Made by a program: the position numbers and the translations under genes
The notes under the pieces: model-generated
Database searches by the model: none
What the model was told of the DNA's origin: nothing
Seen by the model: only the letters and a program-made list of their open reading frames with translations
In this document: in pieces, positions 46,230 to 56,100 of the stretch
Layout of the letters: each line of letters starts with the position of its first letter
Numbering within the stretch: the first letter of the stretch is position 1
Source: Ilumatobacteraceae bacterium
GTDB lineage: Bacteria; Actinomycetota; Acidimicrobiia; Acidimicrobiales; Ilumatobacteraceae
DNA length: 64,000 nt
Reading direction: 5' to 3'
Assembly: GCA_044354565.1 (NCBI GenBank)
Contig: JBIKZT010000001.1
Span: forward strand, 724-64,723

Positions 46230-46351
46230 GACTCATCCCTCCTCTTTCCAATTGGGCACAACGCTCAATGTGTGGGCAGGGAAAATACGGATGGCATCAC
46301 TTGTTTTCCAGTCACCCATGAGTTGTCAAGTCAGCCCCTAGCCTTGACCCC

Positions 46352-47329
46352 ATGAGTCAGGTACCAGAGACACTGCCCGCGGCCAATGATCCGTGCTGGT
46401 GTGGAAGTGCACGTAAATACAAGCGTTGCCACAAAGGAACTGAAGGTCGCATTCAGCCTGGAATCATCAGCCCTATGCGCACTGTTCCTGAAAACATTGG
46501 CAAGCCTCCGTATGCACTCACCGGTGTTCCCCCACGTAACGATGAATCACGTGTGAAGACACCCGAAGTAATTGAACGTATGCGAGTTGCTGGTGCAGCT
46601 GCTGCAGAAATCTTGCGACGCGCTGGCGAAATGGTGCGCCCCGGAATCACCACTGATGAGATCGACATCTTTGTTCATGACCTCACCATTGAAATGGGTG
46701 GCTACCCAAGCCCGTTGAATTACCACAACTATCCAAAGAGTGTGTGCACAAGTGTGAACGAAGTGATTTGCCATGGCATTCCCGATTCACGCGTATTGGA
46801 AGACGGCGACATCATCGACATTGACGTCACTATTTACCTCAACGGTGTGCACGGCGACACCAATGCATCATTTGCTGTCGGCACTATTTCTGAAGAAGAT
46901 AAGAAGCTCATCAAAGTGACTGAAGAATGCATGTGGCTTGGTATTGAAGCTGTGCGTCCAGGTGTTGCACTAAATGAAATTGGTCGCGCAATTGAAACGC
47001 ACGCAAAGAAACACAAGTTTGGTGTGGTGCGCGCATTCATTGGTCATGGAATTGGCGAGAACTTCCACACAGACATTCAGGTGCTGCACTACTTCGACCC
47101 ACGCAACACAATGATTTTGCGTGAAGGCATGACTTTCACCATTGAGCCCATGATTACTGCAAGTGGTGAGACCAGGCACAAGATGTGGGACGACGATTGG
47201 ACTGCGGTTACCTCTGACGGCAGCCGCACAGCCCAGTTTGAACACACCATGGTGGTAACAGCCGATGGTGTTGATGTGCTTACTGCTGGTGCCGGTGCTG
47301 TTTCTCCCTGCGCACCGTGGAATCGCTGA
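46352..47329 (+). CDS. map: type I methionine aminopeptidase with an N-terminal SEC-C zinc-binding motif
   Basis: CWCGSARKYKRCH at residues 15-27. The pita-bread fold metal ligands appear in DIDV, GVHGD, HGIG, TIEP and EHT contexts. Confidence 0.9.
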   Translation: MSQVPETLPAANDPCWCGSARKYKRCHKGTEGRIQPGIISPMRTVPENIGKPPYALTGVPPRNDESRVKTPEVIERMRVAGAAAAEILRRAGEMVRPGITTDEIDIFVHDLTIEMGGYPSPLNYHNYPKSVCTSVNEVICHGIPDSRVLEDGDIIDIDVTIYLNGVHGDTNASFAVGTISEEDKKLIKVTEECMWLGIEAVRPGVALNEIGRAIETHAKKHKFGVVRAFIGHGIGENFHTDIQVLHYFDPRNTMILREGMTFTIEPMITASGETRHKMWDDDWTAVTSDGSRTAQFEHTMVVTADGVDVLTAGAGAVSPCAPWNR

Positions 47330-47353
47330 GTTTTACCTCGTAGCGTCAAGACC

Positions 47354-48286
47354 GTGATTGACACAGCACACTCTGATCGTTACCTGTCTTTTGACAGGGC
47401 CGAATGGGCAGACCTTCGTGCTGCAACACCTCTCACTATTCGTGAACGCGACCTTGCAGAGCTACGCGGTATCAATGATCAGATTGATCTTGATGAAGTA
47501 ACTGCTATCTACTTGCCGCTGACTCGTTTATTGAATCTGTATGTAAGCGCCACGCAAAACCTGCACAAGGTGTCTGCAACGTTCCTTGGTGCAATGGCGC
47601 CCAAGGTTCCGTATGTCATTGGTATTGCCGGCAGTGTGGCCGTGGGCAAGAGCACGTTTGCTCGTATTTTGCAGGCGCTACTCGCCCGCTGGCCAGAGCA
47701 CCCACGCGTTGACCTCATCACTACTGATGGTTTCTTGTTTCCTAATGCTGTCTTGGAAGACCGCGGCATTATGAATCGCAAAGGCTTCCCCGAGAGTTAT
47801 GACACCAAGACTCTGTTGGCTTTCTTGCGCGAACTCAAAGGCGGCGCAAGCGATGTGGAAGCACCTGTGTATAGCCACGTTGTATACGACATTGTTGAAG
47901 GCGAAAAAGTTGTAGTGAGCCAGCCAGACATTCTGATTCTTGAAGGACTAAATGTTTTGCAAGTAGGCACAGAGGCAAACGAGTTTGTGTCTGACTATTT
48001 CGACTTCTCAATTTTCATCGATGCTGATGAGTCAGATGTTGAACAGTGGTACGTGGAGCGGTTCCACAAACTTCGCGAGACAATCTTTCGTGACCCCGAC
48101 AGCTTCTTTCAGAATTTTGCACACATGTCTGACGATGAAGCCGATGCAATGGCCCGCAGTATCTGGCATGAGATCAACGGTAAGAACTTGGTGGAAAATA
48201 TTGAGCCAACCAAGTCACGTGCGTCTTTGATTGTGCGTAAAGGTGCAGATCACCGCGTCACAAACGTGAATCTGCGTCGGTTGTAG
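47354..48286 (+). CDS. coaA: type I pantothenate kinase
   Basis: [13 protein letters not shown]-loop, [16 protein letters not shown]. 310 aa. Confidence 0.9.
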   Translation: MIDTAHSDRYLSFDRAEWADLRAATPLTIRERDLAELRGINDQIDLDEVTAIYLPLTRLLNLYVSATQNLHKVSATFLGAMAPKVPYVIGIAGSVAVGKSTFARILQALLARWPEHPRVDLITTDGFLFPNAVLEDRGIMNRKGFPESYDTKTLLAFLRELKGGASDVEAPVYSHVVYDIVEGEKVVVSQPDILILEGLNVLQVGTEANEFVSDYFDFSIFIDADESDVEQWYVERFHKLRETIFRDPDSFFQNFAHMSDDEADAMARSIWHEINGKNLVENIEPTKSRASLIVRKGADHRVTNVNLRRL

Positions 48287-48816
48287 TGCGTCGCCTTCTC
48301 GGAATCGCTCTGCTCGTTGTTATCGCGGGGTGTTCGACAGGAACAGAAACAACGCTAAAGCCGGCGGTCTGGCGTGAGGTTTCAGCTCCAGTCGTTAACG
48401 GTGCAACAGACGAAGTGATTGTTAGAAATTCGCGTATCAATAACGGCACTTACTGGACCTGGGTAGAACGAGTCCTGGGTACAGACTCCATTGTCTTCCA
48501 TGTTGCTCAAGCTCGGTTTGGCGCAACATGCGAAGCGTGGGCAAAAGACAACGGCATGACCGAAGGCTGTATGGATGATTACGCAATCGATGAATACCAA
48601 ACAGCCCTTGTAGGAATTTCTAATGCAGCCAAGGTAACCGTTGCATTTCAAGAAAGCCCAGGCAAGAGTTTTGAAATCACTACCTTGATACTGAAGCAGT
48701 TGATATCAGGTACAGCCACTGTCCCAATCTCAAATTATCAGTGGGTTGCGTTTCCGTTCATTTCACGAATTGAGAACAACACCATCGTTGACGCCCAGCA
48801 AATGTGGGTCCCTTAG
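48286..48816 (+). CDS. hypothetical lipoprotein
   Basis: MRRLLGIALLVVIAGCSTG has a good lipobox. I recognised no family. Confidence 0.55.
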   Translation: MRRLLGIALLVVIAGCSTGTETTLKPAVWREVSAPVVNGATDEVIVRNSRINNGTYWTWVERVLGTDSIVFHVAQARFGATCEAWAKDNGMTEGCMDDYAIDEYQTALVGISNAAKVTVAFQESPGKSFEITTLILKQLISGTATVPISNYQWVAFPFISRIENNTIVDAQQMWVP

Positions 48817-50055
48817 TTATTCGTCGTCTGAATCCTCGTCAGATTCATCATCGACTGCCTCAAAAGCCGCAGTGATTGCCTTGAGGTCTTCATCACTACC
48901 AGCGATGCCGCGCTCCTTAGTGAGTTCCTCAACACGATCGAGAGGCTTGCGGAGATTGCTTGCAACTCGGCCAGTGGTGACTGCCTTGAGTTTCTTTTGC
49001 ATCTGATCAAAATGGCGCTGAATCTCTTTTAGATACTTCGTGTATGACTTCCATGCCGTACCGAAGTTTTTTAGAAGTAACAGAACTTCATTGGCGTTCT
49101 GTTCCATGTGGAAACTATCTGTAGCCTGACGAACCACTCCCAAGAATGTGTACAACGTAAGTGGTGAACACAGAATGACTCGCTTAGCCACTGATTCGTC
49201 AATGAGTGATGGCTTGTGCTGCTGAATGAAACTAATAACGCCTTCATTGGGAATGAAGAGAAGAACATAATCAAGTGCACTACGCGTTGATTGAGCAACA
49301 TAGTCACGCTTTTCAAGTTCTTTTACGCGATCTTCAACGTTCTTGATGAACTTGTTCTTGTAATCATTACGAGAGTTGTCATCAACAGCATTGAAATATT
49401 CAAGGTAGTTGTCGAGTGGAAATTTTGAGTCGAGATACAACACACGATCTGGGGGAAGAAAGAAGCTGTAGTCGGGTCGACCACCTTCTACGAGAGTTTC
49501 TTGCTTTTCATAGTTGATACCGCGAATAAAGCCAGACTCAGACAAAATATCCTCCAGCATGCGCTCGCCCCAGTTACCACGACCTTGGGCGCTAGAAAGA
49601 ACATTCTTTAATGCTTGCGTTTGAAGTGCTAAACCTTTTACGGCGCTGTCAACATCGCCGAACTTTTCACTGTTGGCAGTGCGCAGTTTGTCGACTTCTT
49701 CATTGAGTTTCGCCATCTGAGTTTCAAACGGCTTCAACAAATTTTGAGTTTGCAGTTCAAGGGATGACGCCTGATTACCCAAACGTTCTTCTGCAAGCTT
49801 TCTTGCACTTTCATTAGCGTCAGACAAAACTTTGGTGGCTGCCTCGTGGATCTTTGATTCAACTGCACCTTGTACTCCGGTACTAATTGCCCCAACATCA
49901 ATTGCGGCCTTTACGGCTTCGACTATTGGACCAAGGTCGACTGCAGGTGGGGGAACAACTTCTTTGGGTGCAGAAGCCGAACGAACAATGAGGGCCACAC
50001 CACCGACAACTGCGACGAGGATGACTATAAGTAGGACAATGATGGCTGCTTGCAT
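48817..50055 (-). CDS. rmuC: DNA recombination protein RmuC with an acidic C-terminal tail
   Basis: N-terminal TM segment and coiled coil, then RPDYSFFLPPDRVLYLDSKFPL and DYVLLFIPNEG. It ends in VDDESDEDSDDE. Confidence 0.85.
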   Translation of the reverse strand: MQAAIIVLLIVILVAVVGGVALIVRSASAPKEVVPPPAVDLGPIVEAVKAAIDVGAISTGVQGAVESKIHEAATKVLSDANESARKLAEERLGNQASSLELQTQNLLKPFETQMAKLNEEVDKLRTANSEKFGDVDSAVKGLALQTQALKNVLSSAQGRGNWGERMLEDILSESGFIRGINYEKQETLVEGGRPDYSFFLPPDRVLYLDSKFPLDNYLEYFNAVDDNSRNDYKNKFIKNVEDRVKELEKRDYVAQSTRSALDYVLLFIPNEGVISFIQQHKPSLIDESVAKRVILCSPLTLYTFLGVVRQATDSFHMEQNANEVLLLLKNFGTAWKSYTKYLKEIQRHFDQMQKKLKAVTTGRVASNLRKPLDRVEELTKERGIAGSDEDLKAITAAFEAVDDESDEDSDDE

Positions 50056-50099
50056 CCCACAAGTATGACACCCAGGTGTCACACGGTTATCCGGCGTAT

Positions 50100-50462
50100 T
50101 TAACGGTGCAGCGCGTTTAAGTAGTTGTACACCGTGATACGCGAGACACCCATTGCGTCGGCCACGTCTTCCACGGCACGACGCAATGTGAAAGCACCAC
50201 GCTGATCCAACATGCGCACGGCAATTTGCTTATCGCTGCGCGACAGGCTGGTGAGAGGCGCACCCAATTCACGCTCTACCTGAGTAATCAAACGATCAAG
50301 AGCACCTTGCAACAGTGGCAAACGCACTGCAGCGATGATCTCGCCTTCCCACTCCAATGCAACATCTGAAATGCGGGCGTCTTCAACCGAAACAAGGTGT
50401 GCGCCAACAGCATCAAGAATCGGCTTGACGGCTGCAAGAAGCGGATGTTGCACGAAAGCCAT
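50100..50462 (-). CDS. YheO-like (PAS-like plus HTH_22) transcriptional regulator
   Basis: The C-terminal K.IAVRMLDQRGAF.LRRAVEDVADAMGVSRITVYNYL fits the YheO/HTH pattern. Confidence 0.5.
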   Translation of the reverse strand: MAFVQHPLLAAVKPILDAVGAHLVSVEDARISDVALEWEGEIIAAVRLPLLQGALDRLITQVERELGAPLTSLSRSDKQIAVRMLDQRGAFTLRRAVEDVADAMGVSRITVYNYLNALHR

Positions 50463-50707
50463 TACACCGAAGCTGCTTTTTCAGTATCGATAGTCACGTG
50501 CGTGGCACCATGCGCATATGCCGCAGTGGTGAGCGCAGCCAACACTTCCCCGGCACGGGTTTCATCAACACGCACGGTTGAACCAAACGGCCCAATCTCT
50601 ACGGCAATGCCAAGGGCTTCAACGGCCGCGATTGCGCGAGTCACGTGAGCGCCAGGAGCACCATCGGTAAACGGCTCAATGGTGAATTCAATAGTGATGT
50701 CAGCCAT
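50462..50707 (-). CDS. MTH1187/YkoF (DUF77) family thiamine-binding-type protein
   Basis: 81 aa. IEFTIEP.....G.HV..AI......G...E.GPFGT.V fits the family pattern. Confidence 0.6.
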   Translation of the reverse strand: MADITIEFTIEPFTDGAPGAHVTRAIAAVEALGIAVEIGPFGSTVRVDETRAGEVLAALTTAAYAHGATHVTIDTEKAASV

Positions 50708-50763
50708 CAGAGGCTCCTTTCGTCTACAACGGTGGAAGCCAGCCTAAGACCGTAAGCCGAGGG

Positions 50764-51291
50764 TCACTCTCGCCACAGCCGAGGAAGTACCAGTGCCACG
50801 CTGTCTGGCAGGAAGGGCTTTGCCCCAAGCCACACAGGCAATTCCTGTTGGCTCACCCAATGGGCCTCGGTGATTTCCCCGTCGGCAAAGGTGAACGGGC
50901 CCTCGGTGCGGCACACAAAGCAGCCCGCCAGCAAGCTGACCGTGCCGTCTGAATATGCCCCCGTACCCAACGGTTCTAACGATGCCCCCGCAAGCCCCAA
51001 CTCTTCAGCCACTTCGCGTCGCGCGCCGTCTTCAAAAGATTCCCCCGGGGACAACACGCCACCCACGGCAAGATCCCACCAGCCGGGCCACACATCTTTA
51101 GTTTCTGCGCGCCGATGGACCAGTAATTGTCCCGACTCAGACATCACTGCAATGAACACTGAACGATGGCGCAGGCCCTCTGCACGCATCTCGCGCCGAG
51201 AAACAAGGCGAAGAACATTGCCTGCAGCATCAACTTCTTCCACCATCTCTGGCGGTGAGTTTTCTGGGTGTGCGACCATTCCGTTCTCCAT
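50764..51291 (-). CDS. NUDIX hydrolase (Idi-like subgroup but lacking the Idi catalytic Cys)
   Basis: Nudix box GGVLSPGESFEDGARREVAEELG, with LRHRSVFI...LLVHRRA..K..WPGWWD upstream. The start is ATG 51291 or 51279. Confidence 0.75.
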   Translation of the reverse strand: MENGMVAHPENSPPEMVEEVDAAGNVLRLVSRREMRAEGLRHRSVFIAVMSESGQLLVHRRAETKDVWPGWWDLAVGGVLSPGESFEDGARREVAEELGLAGASLEPLGTGAYSDGTVSLLAGCFVCRTEGPFTFADGEITEAHWVSQQELPVWLGAKPFLPDSVALVLPRLWRE

Positions 51292-51313
51292 CGCAATGTG
51301 CCTACCATGTGTC

Positions 51314-52567
51314 ATGGCCAAAAACACACTGACAGCAGACGACGCGCGCGATCAGCACGGAAACCCAGCCGGCATTCTTGAACAAGCCCAGGACCTCATG
51401 GGCGACATTGTTGAACTGCGCCGCGAACTGCACCGTTGGCCAGAGATTGGTAACCACCTTCCAAAGACACGCGAGGCAGTGTTAGCCGCATTAGAAGGTT
51501 TACCGCTCGACATCACATTGCACGAAACAACAAGTGGCATCGCCGCAATGCTCACTGGTGATCAGCCAGGCGACACCGTTCTTATTCGTGGCGACATGGA
51601 CGCACTACCCATGCCCGAAGACACCAACGTTGAATTCAAATCACACGTTGAAAATGCAATGCATGCATGCGGACACGACACACACACTTCAATGCTTGTC
51701 GGTGCAGCAAAGTTATTGTCGGCACGTAGGGCAGATATTAAAGGTCGCGTCTTGTTTATGTTTCAGCCCGGCGAAGAGGGTTACAACGGCGCAAGTGAGA
51801 TGTTGGCTGAAGGTTTGCTTGATGTAGGAACCGAATCCCCTATTACAGGTGCATTTGCAATTCATGCGGCTTCAAACATTCCTGGTGGCTTTATCGGTTT
51901 GAAGGGTGGCACCATCATGGCGTCAAGCGACACCATGACAATCACAGTTCGTGGGCGCGGTGGTCACGGAAGTGCACCACATTTCACGCTCGACCCTGTT
52001 CCTGTTGCATGCGAGATTGTTCAAGCATTACAAACTCTTGTAACTCGCCGCATTGACGTGTTTGACCCAGGTGTTATCACTGTCACGCAAATTCATACTG
52101 GTACAACCAGCAACGTCATTCCAGAAACAGCAATGATTAATGGCACAATGCGCGCAGTCAGCGAACGGACCCGCTCACTAATTCACGATGGCATTCGTCG
52201 CGTTGCAGAAGGCATTGCTGCAGCTCACGGTATGGAAGCCGAAGTTGAATTGAACTACGGATACGACGTCACCATTAACAATGATGAAAAGGCAATCTTT
52301 GCTGCAGATGTTGCCACCGCAGTTTCAGGTGAACGCAATGTACGCATGATGGATCACCCGGTAATGGGCGCCGAAGATTTCAGTTATGTACTCAACCGCG
52401 TACCTGGCGCCATGATGTTTCTTGGCCTCATGCCAGAAGGTATGGACATCATGAAAGCTGCACCAAACCACAGCAACCGCGCCATCTACGAAGAGACTCA
52501 CATGGCCCGCGGTATTGCGGTGTATTCATCTGTCGCCCTTCGTCACTTGGGCGTCCCGCTTAGCTGA
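51314..52567 (+). CDS. M20D family amidohydrolase (N-acyl-amino acid/hippurate hydrolase type)
   Basis: LRRELHRWPE, RGDMDALP, HACGHDTH and FQPGEE are present. The upstream 148 aa of the track ORF is antisense to the Nudix gene and was trimmed. Confidence 0.85.
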   Translation: MAKNTLTADDARDQHGNPAGILEQAQDLMGDIVELRRELHRWPEIGNHLPKTREAVLAALEGLPLDITLHETTSGIAAMLTGDQPGDTVLIRGDMDALPMPEDTNVEFKSHVENAMHACGHDTHTSMLVGAAKLLSARRADIKGRVLFMFQPGEEGYNGASEMLAEGLLDVGTESPITGAFAIHAASNIPGGFIGLKGGTIMASSDTMTITVRGRGGHGSAPHFTLDPVPVACEIVQALQTLVTRRIDVFDPGVITVTQIHTGTTSNVIPETAMINGTMRAVSERTRSLIHDGIRRVAEGIAAAHGMEAEVELNYGYDVTINNDEKAIFAADVATAVSGERNVRMMDHPVMGAEDFSYVLNRVPGAMMFLGLMPEGMDIMKAAPNHSNRAIYEETHMARGIAVYSSVALRHLGVPLS

Positions 52568-53793
52568 TGTACCAAGAAACCAGAGACTGGATTACAGCCA
52601 ACTGGGACGAAGACATAACGCTTCGTGAATGGTGGGCACGCATGAACGATGCGCGCATGTCATTTCCACGTTGGCCAACTGAATGGTTTGGTCGCAACGC
52701 AAGCCAACGCGATCAGTCAGCAATTCTGAAAGCATTTTCCGATGCAGATGTCATTGGTGCGCCAACAGGTCTCGGTGTTCTCATGGGGGCTCCCGTCACC
52801 ATGACATACGGAACTCCTGAACAACAACAACGCTGGATGCCGGCTTTGGCAGCAGGTATTGAAGGTTGGTGCCAGTTGTTCAGCGAACCTGGTGCTGGTT
52901 CTGACCTCGCCAGTGCATCGTGTCGTGCAGAACGTGACGGTGATGAATGGGTATTGAATGGACAAAAGGTGTGGACATCAGGCGCTCTTCATTCAACACG
53001 CGGAATGTTGGTAGCGCGCACAGATATTGACCAGCCGAAACATAAGGGCCTCACCTACTTCATTGTTGATCTTGAACAACCTGGTGTTGAGATTCGCCCC
53101 ATCAGACAAATGAACGGCATGGCGCATTTCAATGAAGTGTTCTTCACTGATGCACGAGTCAGCGATGCAGACAGAGTGTCCGACATCAATAACGGTTGGG
53201 CAATCACCACAGCAACGCTTGGGTTTGAGCGCAGTGGCCTATCTGAAGGCGCAGGTGGTGGTATTCGAGTCTCTGCTGGTACGCAAGCCGGACTGCTTGA
53301 TCGCCCTGTTGGTGAATTGGTTGCCAAATCAAAGAAAGCCCGTTCCCACCCGGATGAATATGGCGGCGTGTTCAGCACTCTTCTAGAACTTGCAAAGACA
53401 CGAACCTTGACTCCATCGCAACGTAATCGCATGGTCTCGTTGTACATAAACGAACTGATTGCTGACTTCACTCGCCTTCGCATGTCAGCAGCAGCAAAGT
53501 CCGGGAAAGAAATAGGTGCCATTGCTTCCACAATGAAACTGCATTGGACCAACGGGTTGAAGGTGTCACGAGACCTGGGCGTTGAACTGTTGGGCGCGGA
53601 AGGAATGTTGGTGGGTAAAGATCTTCCAGCGGAAGGCACCGTGCAACATTTCTTTCTTTCTATGCCATCAGCATCTATTGCAGGCGGTAGCGACGAAGTG
53701 CAACACAACATCATTGGCGAACGCGCGTTGGGACTTCCCAAAGATGTCTCACTTGATCCGAACACTCCATTCAGAGACATTCCAAGGAATTAA
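52567..53793 (+). CDS. acyl-CoA dehydrogenase family protein
   Basis: QLFSEPGAGSDLAS, W.LNGQKVWTSGA and a C-terminal GG..EVQ.NIIGER are present. TGATG overlap with the amidohydrolase gene. Confidence 0.85.
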   Translation: MYQETRDWITANWDEDITLREWWARMNDARMSFPRWPTEWFGRNASQRDQSAILKAFSDADVIGAPTGLGVLMGAPVTMTYGTPEQQQRWMPALAAGIEGWCQLFSEPGAGSDLASASCRAERDGDEWVLNGQKVWTSGALHSTRGMLVARTDIDQPKHKGLTYFIVDLEQPGVEIRPIRQMNGMAHFNEVFFTDARVSDADRVSDINNGWAITTATLGFERSGLSEGAGGGIRVSAGTQAGLLDRPVGELVAKSKKARSHPDEYGGVFSTLLELAKTRTLTPSQRNRMVSLYINELIADFTRLRMSAAAKSGKEIGAIASTMKLHWTNGLKVSRDLGVELLGAEGMLVGKDLPAEGTVQHFFLSMPSASIAGGSDEVQHNIIGERALGLPKDVSLDPNTPFRDIPRN

Positions 53794-53795
53794 CA

Positions 53796-54638
53796 ATGAC
53801 TCGTATCACCACTGGCAATCGCAACCCACGCAATTTGTCGATTGATTCCAAAGGCAGCATCCATGATGATGCAACTGCAACAGACCTTGGGTTTCGCGCA
53901 GGAACGGTTGCCGGCGATATTCATCTTGAACAGTTCGGGCAAATACTTGTTGACGGGTTCGGCCAGCAGTGGTTCGAAAATGGTTGGCTCAGTATGTACT
54001 TCCAACAAGCAACAGCAGACCGCGAGCCCGTTGAAGCGTGGCTCGATGGTGATGGTGAATTACGCACTGCAGGTATCAATACTCCTGAAGGCACCGTGGT
54101 TGCGGAAGGTAATGCTGGCATAGGGGCTGCCGGGCCATCAGCGTTGTACGCACGTGATCGTCGCAGTGTTGACCCGTCACAATTACGAATGCTGCGCGAT
54201 GTTCGCATTGGTCAAGCATTAGATATACAAGTGCGTTCACCGTGGGCCACAAACCAACATGCACGAATGAACGCAAACACCATGACAGCTCCAATGGATT
54301 GGTACGGCACGTCATCGCCATGGGGCGGCGGAATCAGTTCACCACTCACCATATGTCAGTTAATGGTCGCGGGTGTCACCGACTCTATTGCCGCATCATG
54401 TGGTGACTTCGTTGGCCTCTACGGCGCAATTGAGATTCGTAATCTTTCAGGCCCGTTGATGCTTGATCATGAATACGTGATTAGCGGCGAAGTTATTGAT
54501 GTCAGCGAGACACCGAAAACTGAAGTGCTGTGGTACCGCACACAGGCACGGCCATCAATTGACCCTGAAGGTCCAGTGGTCGCAGAACTCACCATGATGA
54601 CTCGCCTTCTCAAAGGCTCATCACCGCGCTATTCATAG
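53796..54638 (+). CDS. hypothetical protein, possible double hotdog-fold (MaoC/dehydratase-like) protein
   Basis: It starts 3 nt after the ACAD gene. The N-terminal IHDDATATDLGFRAGTVAGD and the C-terminal beta-rich segment resemble hotdog-fold hydratase halves. This is weak pattern evidence only. Confidence 0.35.
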   Translation: MTRITTGNRNPRNLSIDSKGSIHDDATATDLGFRAGTVAGDIHLEQFGQILVDGFGQQWFENGWLSMYFQQATADREPVEAWLDGDGELRTAGINTPEGTVVAEGNAGIGAAGPSALYARDRRSVDPSQLRMLRDVRIGQALDIQVRSPWATNQHARMNANTMTAPMDWYGTSSPWGGGISSPLTICQLMVAGVTDSIAASCGDFVGLYGAIEIRNLSGPLMLDHEYVISGEVIDVSETPKTEVLWYRTQARPSIDPEGPVVAELTMMTRLLKGSSPRYS

Positions 54639-54642
54639 GCGC

Positions 54643-56001
54643 TTATTGGCCGTCGGGGATCCAGTTTCCGTGGAAACCGTTCGGGATTCGTGCAGGCACA
54701 TGAACAACGGCAATCGGATCTTCCGTTATTGCTTGCGCATTGAAAATCGCTAAATCAGAAGTCTGAGTTTCAGTATCTAAACGCAATGCCATCACATAAC
54801 CATCGTCTTCAGCTGTGGCACCTTCACGTGGAATAAACACTGGCTCGCCATAGCCATACCGTGCGGTATCGTTGCGCGCCTCCACTGTGCGGCTATCAAG
54901 ATTCACTTTTATAAGCGTGTCTTGCTTGAAACCTGCGCCAATGCCGGCGGTGTAGCCGAACTGGTTACGTAGACCAACTAATGACTCATTAATACGTGGG
55001 AACTCTTGTGGTCGATCATCAATGCGTTCATGCGTGTGTGTACCAGTAACCGCATTCAATCTCCAACGATCAAGTGTTGGTGGGCCTTCGCTTGGTCCAC
55101 GACGCTCTTTGTCGAACATCTTGCTATGACGTGCTGCGTCGAGTACCACTTCATCACCATCGTCATAGGCGTTCATTGGGTGGAAGAGATAGCAAGGATC
55201 AACATCAATCCACTTCACATCGTCGCCATTGCCCTCACGCGGCAACAAACCAATACGCGCTGGGTACTCGTGATCCCAGAAATATGGAAGTCCCTGACCA
55301 GACATTGCAGCTTCCAAGTTGAAAACAGTTGGCAAGTCAAAAACCAAAATGTATTTCTGTGTAAACGCAATGTCGTGAATCATTGGACCGCCAGTTGTTG
55401 GAATGTCGACATGACGACGCACGCGACCATCGGTACCAACTACGAGGTACTGCACTTGATTGCCCCAACCCCAGAAATATGTCATTACATGTAATTCACC
55501 AGTGACTGGGTCTTTCTTTGGATGCGCAGAAAATGCATGCGGCAATGAACCATCAAGATTTGAAACGCGAACGGTGTCGAGGTCATAGGACAATTCAATT
55601 GGTGGAGAACCAGCTTCAACAATTGCGAATGTCTTTCCGTTATGACCAATCACATTTGTGTTTGCAGCAAACTGTCCGTGATCTGCTGGCCAATCAGACT
55701 GTGGCCGTGGCTCGTTCAATAAATCAGCAACGTCGTTGTTGCGTACCCAGCGGTTGCGATACCACTCTGCTTTGCCGTCGCGTAAGCGCACACCGTGCAC
55801 CATTCCGTGACCCGTGAACCAGTGATACTTCGCAGGGTTCACATAGCCAAGTGGGTTTGGCCCATTACGCAAGTACCGACCATCTAGGTCTACAGGCAAC
55901 GTGCCAGTTACTTCCAAATCAAAGGCTGTCACTTCTTCAGTAACGGGGGCCAAGTTGCCCTCTAGGAAGGGGTTACGCCGTTCGTTTTCTAGAGCTGTCA
56001 T
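54643..56001 (-). CDS. carotenoid cleavage oxygenase family (RPE65/CCO/lignostilbene dioxygenase) protein
   Basis: NPFLEGN.APV..E......V.G.LP..L.GRYLRNGPNP is present, and four conserved His contexts are visible (HWF, FSAHPK, IHDIAFT, FHG). Confidence 0.85.
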   Translation of the reverse strand: MTALENERRNPFLEGNLAPVTEEVTAFDLEVTGTLPVDLDGRYLRNGPNPLGYVNPAKYHWFTGHGMVHGVRLRDGKAEWYRNRWVRNNDVADLLNEPRPQSDWPADHGQFAANTNVIGHNGKTFAIVEAGSPPIELSYDLDTVRVSNLDGSLPHAFSAHPKKDPVTGELHVMTYFWGWGNQVQYLVVGTDGRVRRHVDIPTTGGPMIHDIAFTQKYILVFDLPTVFNLEAAMSGQGLPYFWDHEYPARIGLLPREGNGDDVKWIDVDPCYLFHPMNAYDDGDEVVLDAARHSKMFDKERRGPSEGPPTLDRWRLNAVTGTHTHERIDDRPQEFPRINESLVGLRNQFGYTAGIGAGFKQDTLIKVNLDSRTVEARNDTARYGYGEPVFIPREGATAEDDGYVMALRLDTETQTSDLAIFNAQAITEDPIAVVHVPARIPNGFHGNWIPDGQ

Positions 56002-56100
56002 ACGGCGATGATAATCCCTTTTTCAATGCCATTGGAAGAGGTGGGTCGTGGCAGGCTATGAACCGTACGGGTGCAAAACACCAAACAAATGGGGGCCACA

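Noticed and set aside
50708-50763. TPP riboswitch upstream of the YkoF-like gene
   Set aside because: The gap is only 56 nt, and no CTGAGA/ACCTGA-type conserved TPP elements are present.
50870-51313. 148-aa N-terminal extension of the M20 amidohydrolase ORF
   Set aside because: It is antisense to the Nudix gene and has a Ser/Pro/Arg-rich composition. M20D proteins start close to the chosen ATG at 51314.
53055-53780. 241-aa minus-strand ORF; similar long shadow ORFs lie at 34244-34927, 38991-39647, 35662-36255, 45748-46341, 33159-33817, 29933-30457 and 40132-40653
   Set aside because: All lie inside or antisense to genes with clear family motifs. They have biased Ser/Arg/Pro/Cys composition and no recognisable domains.
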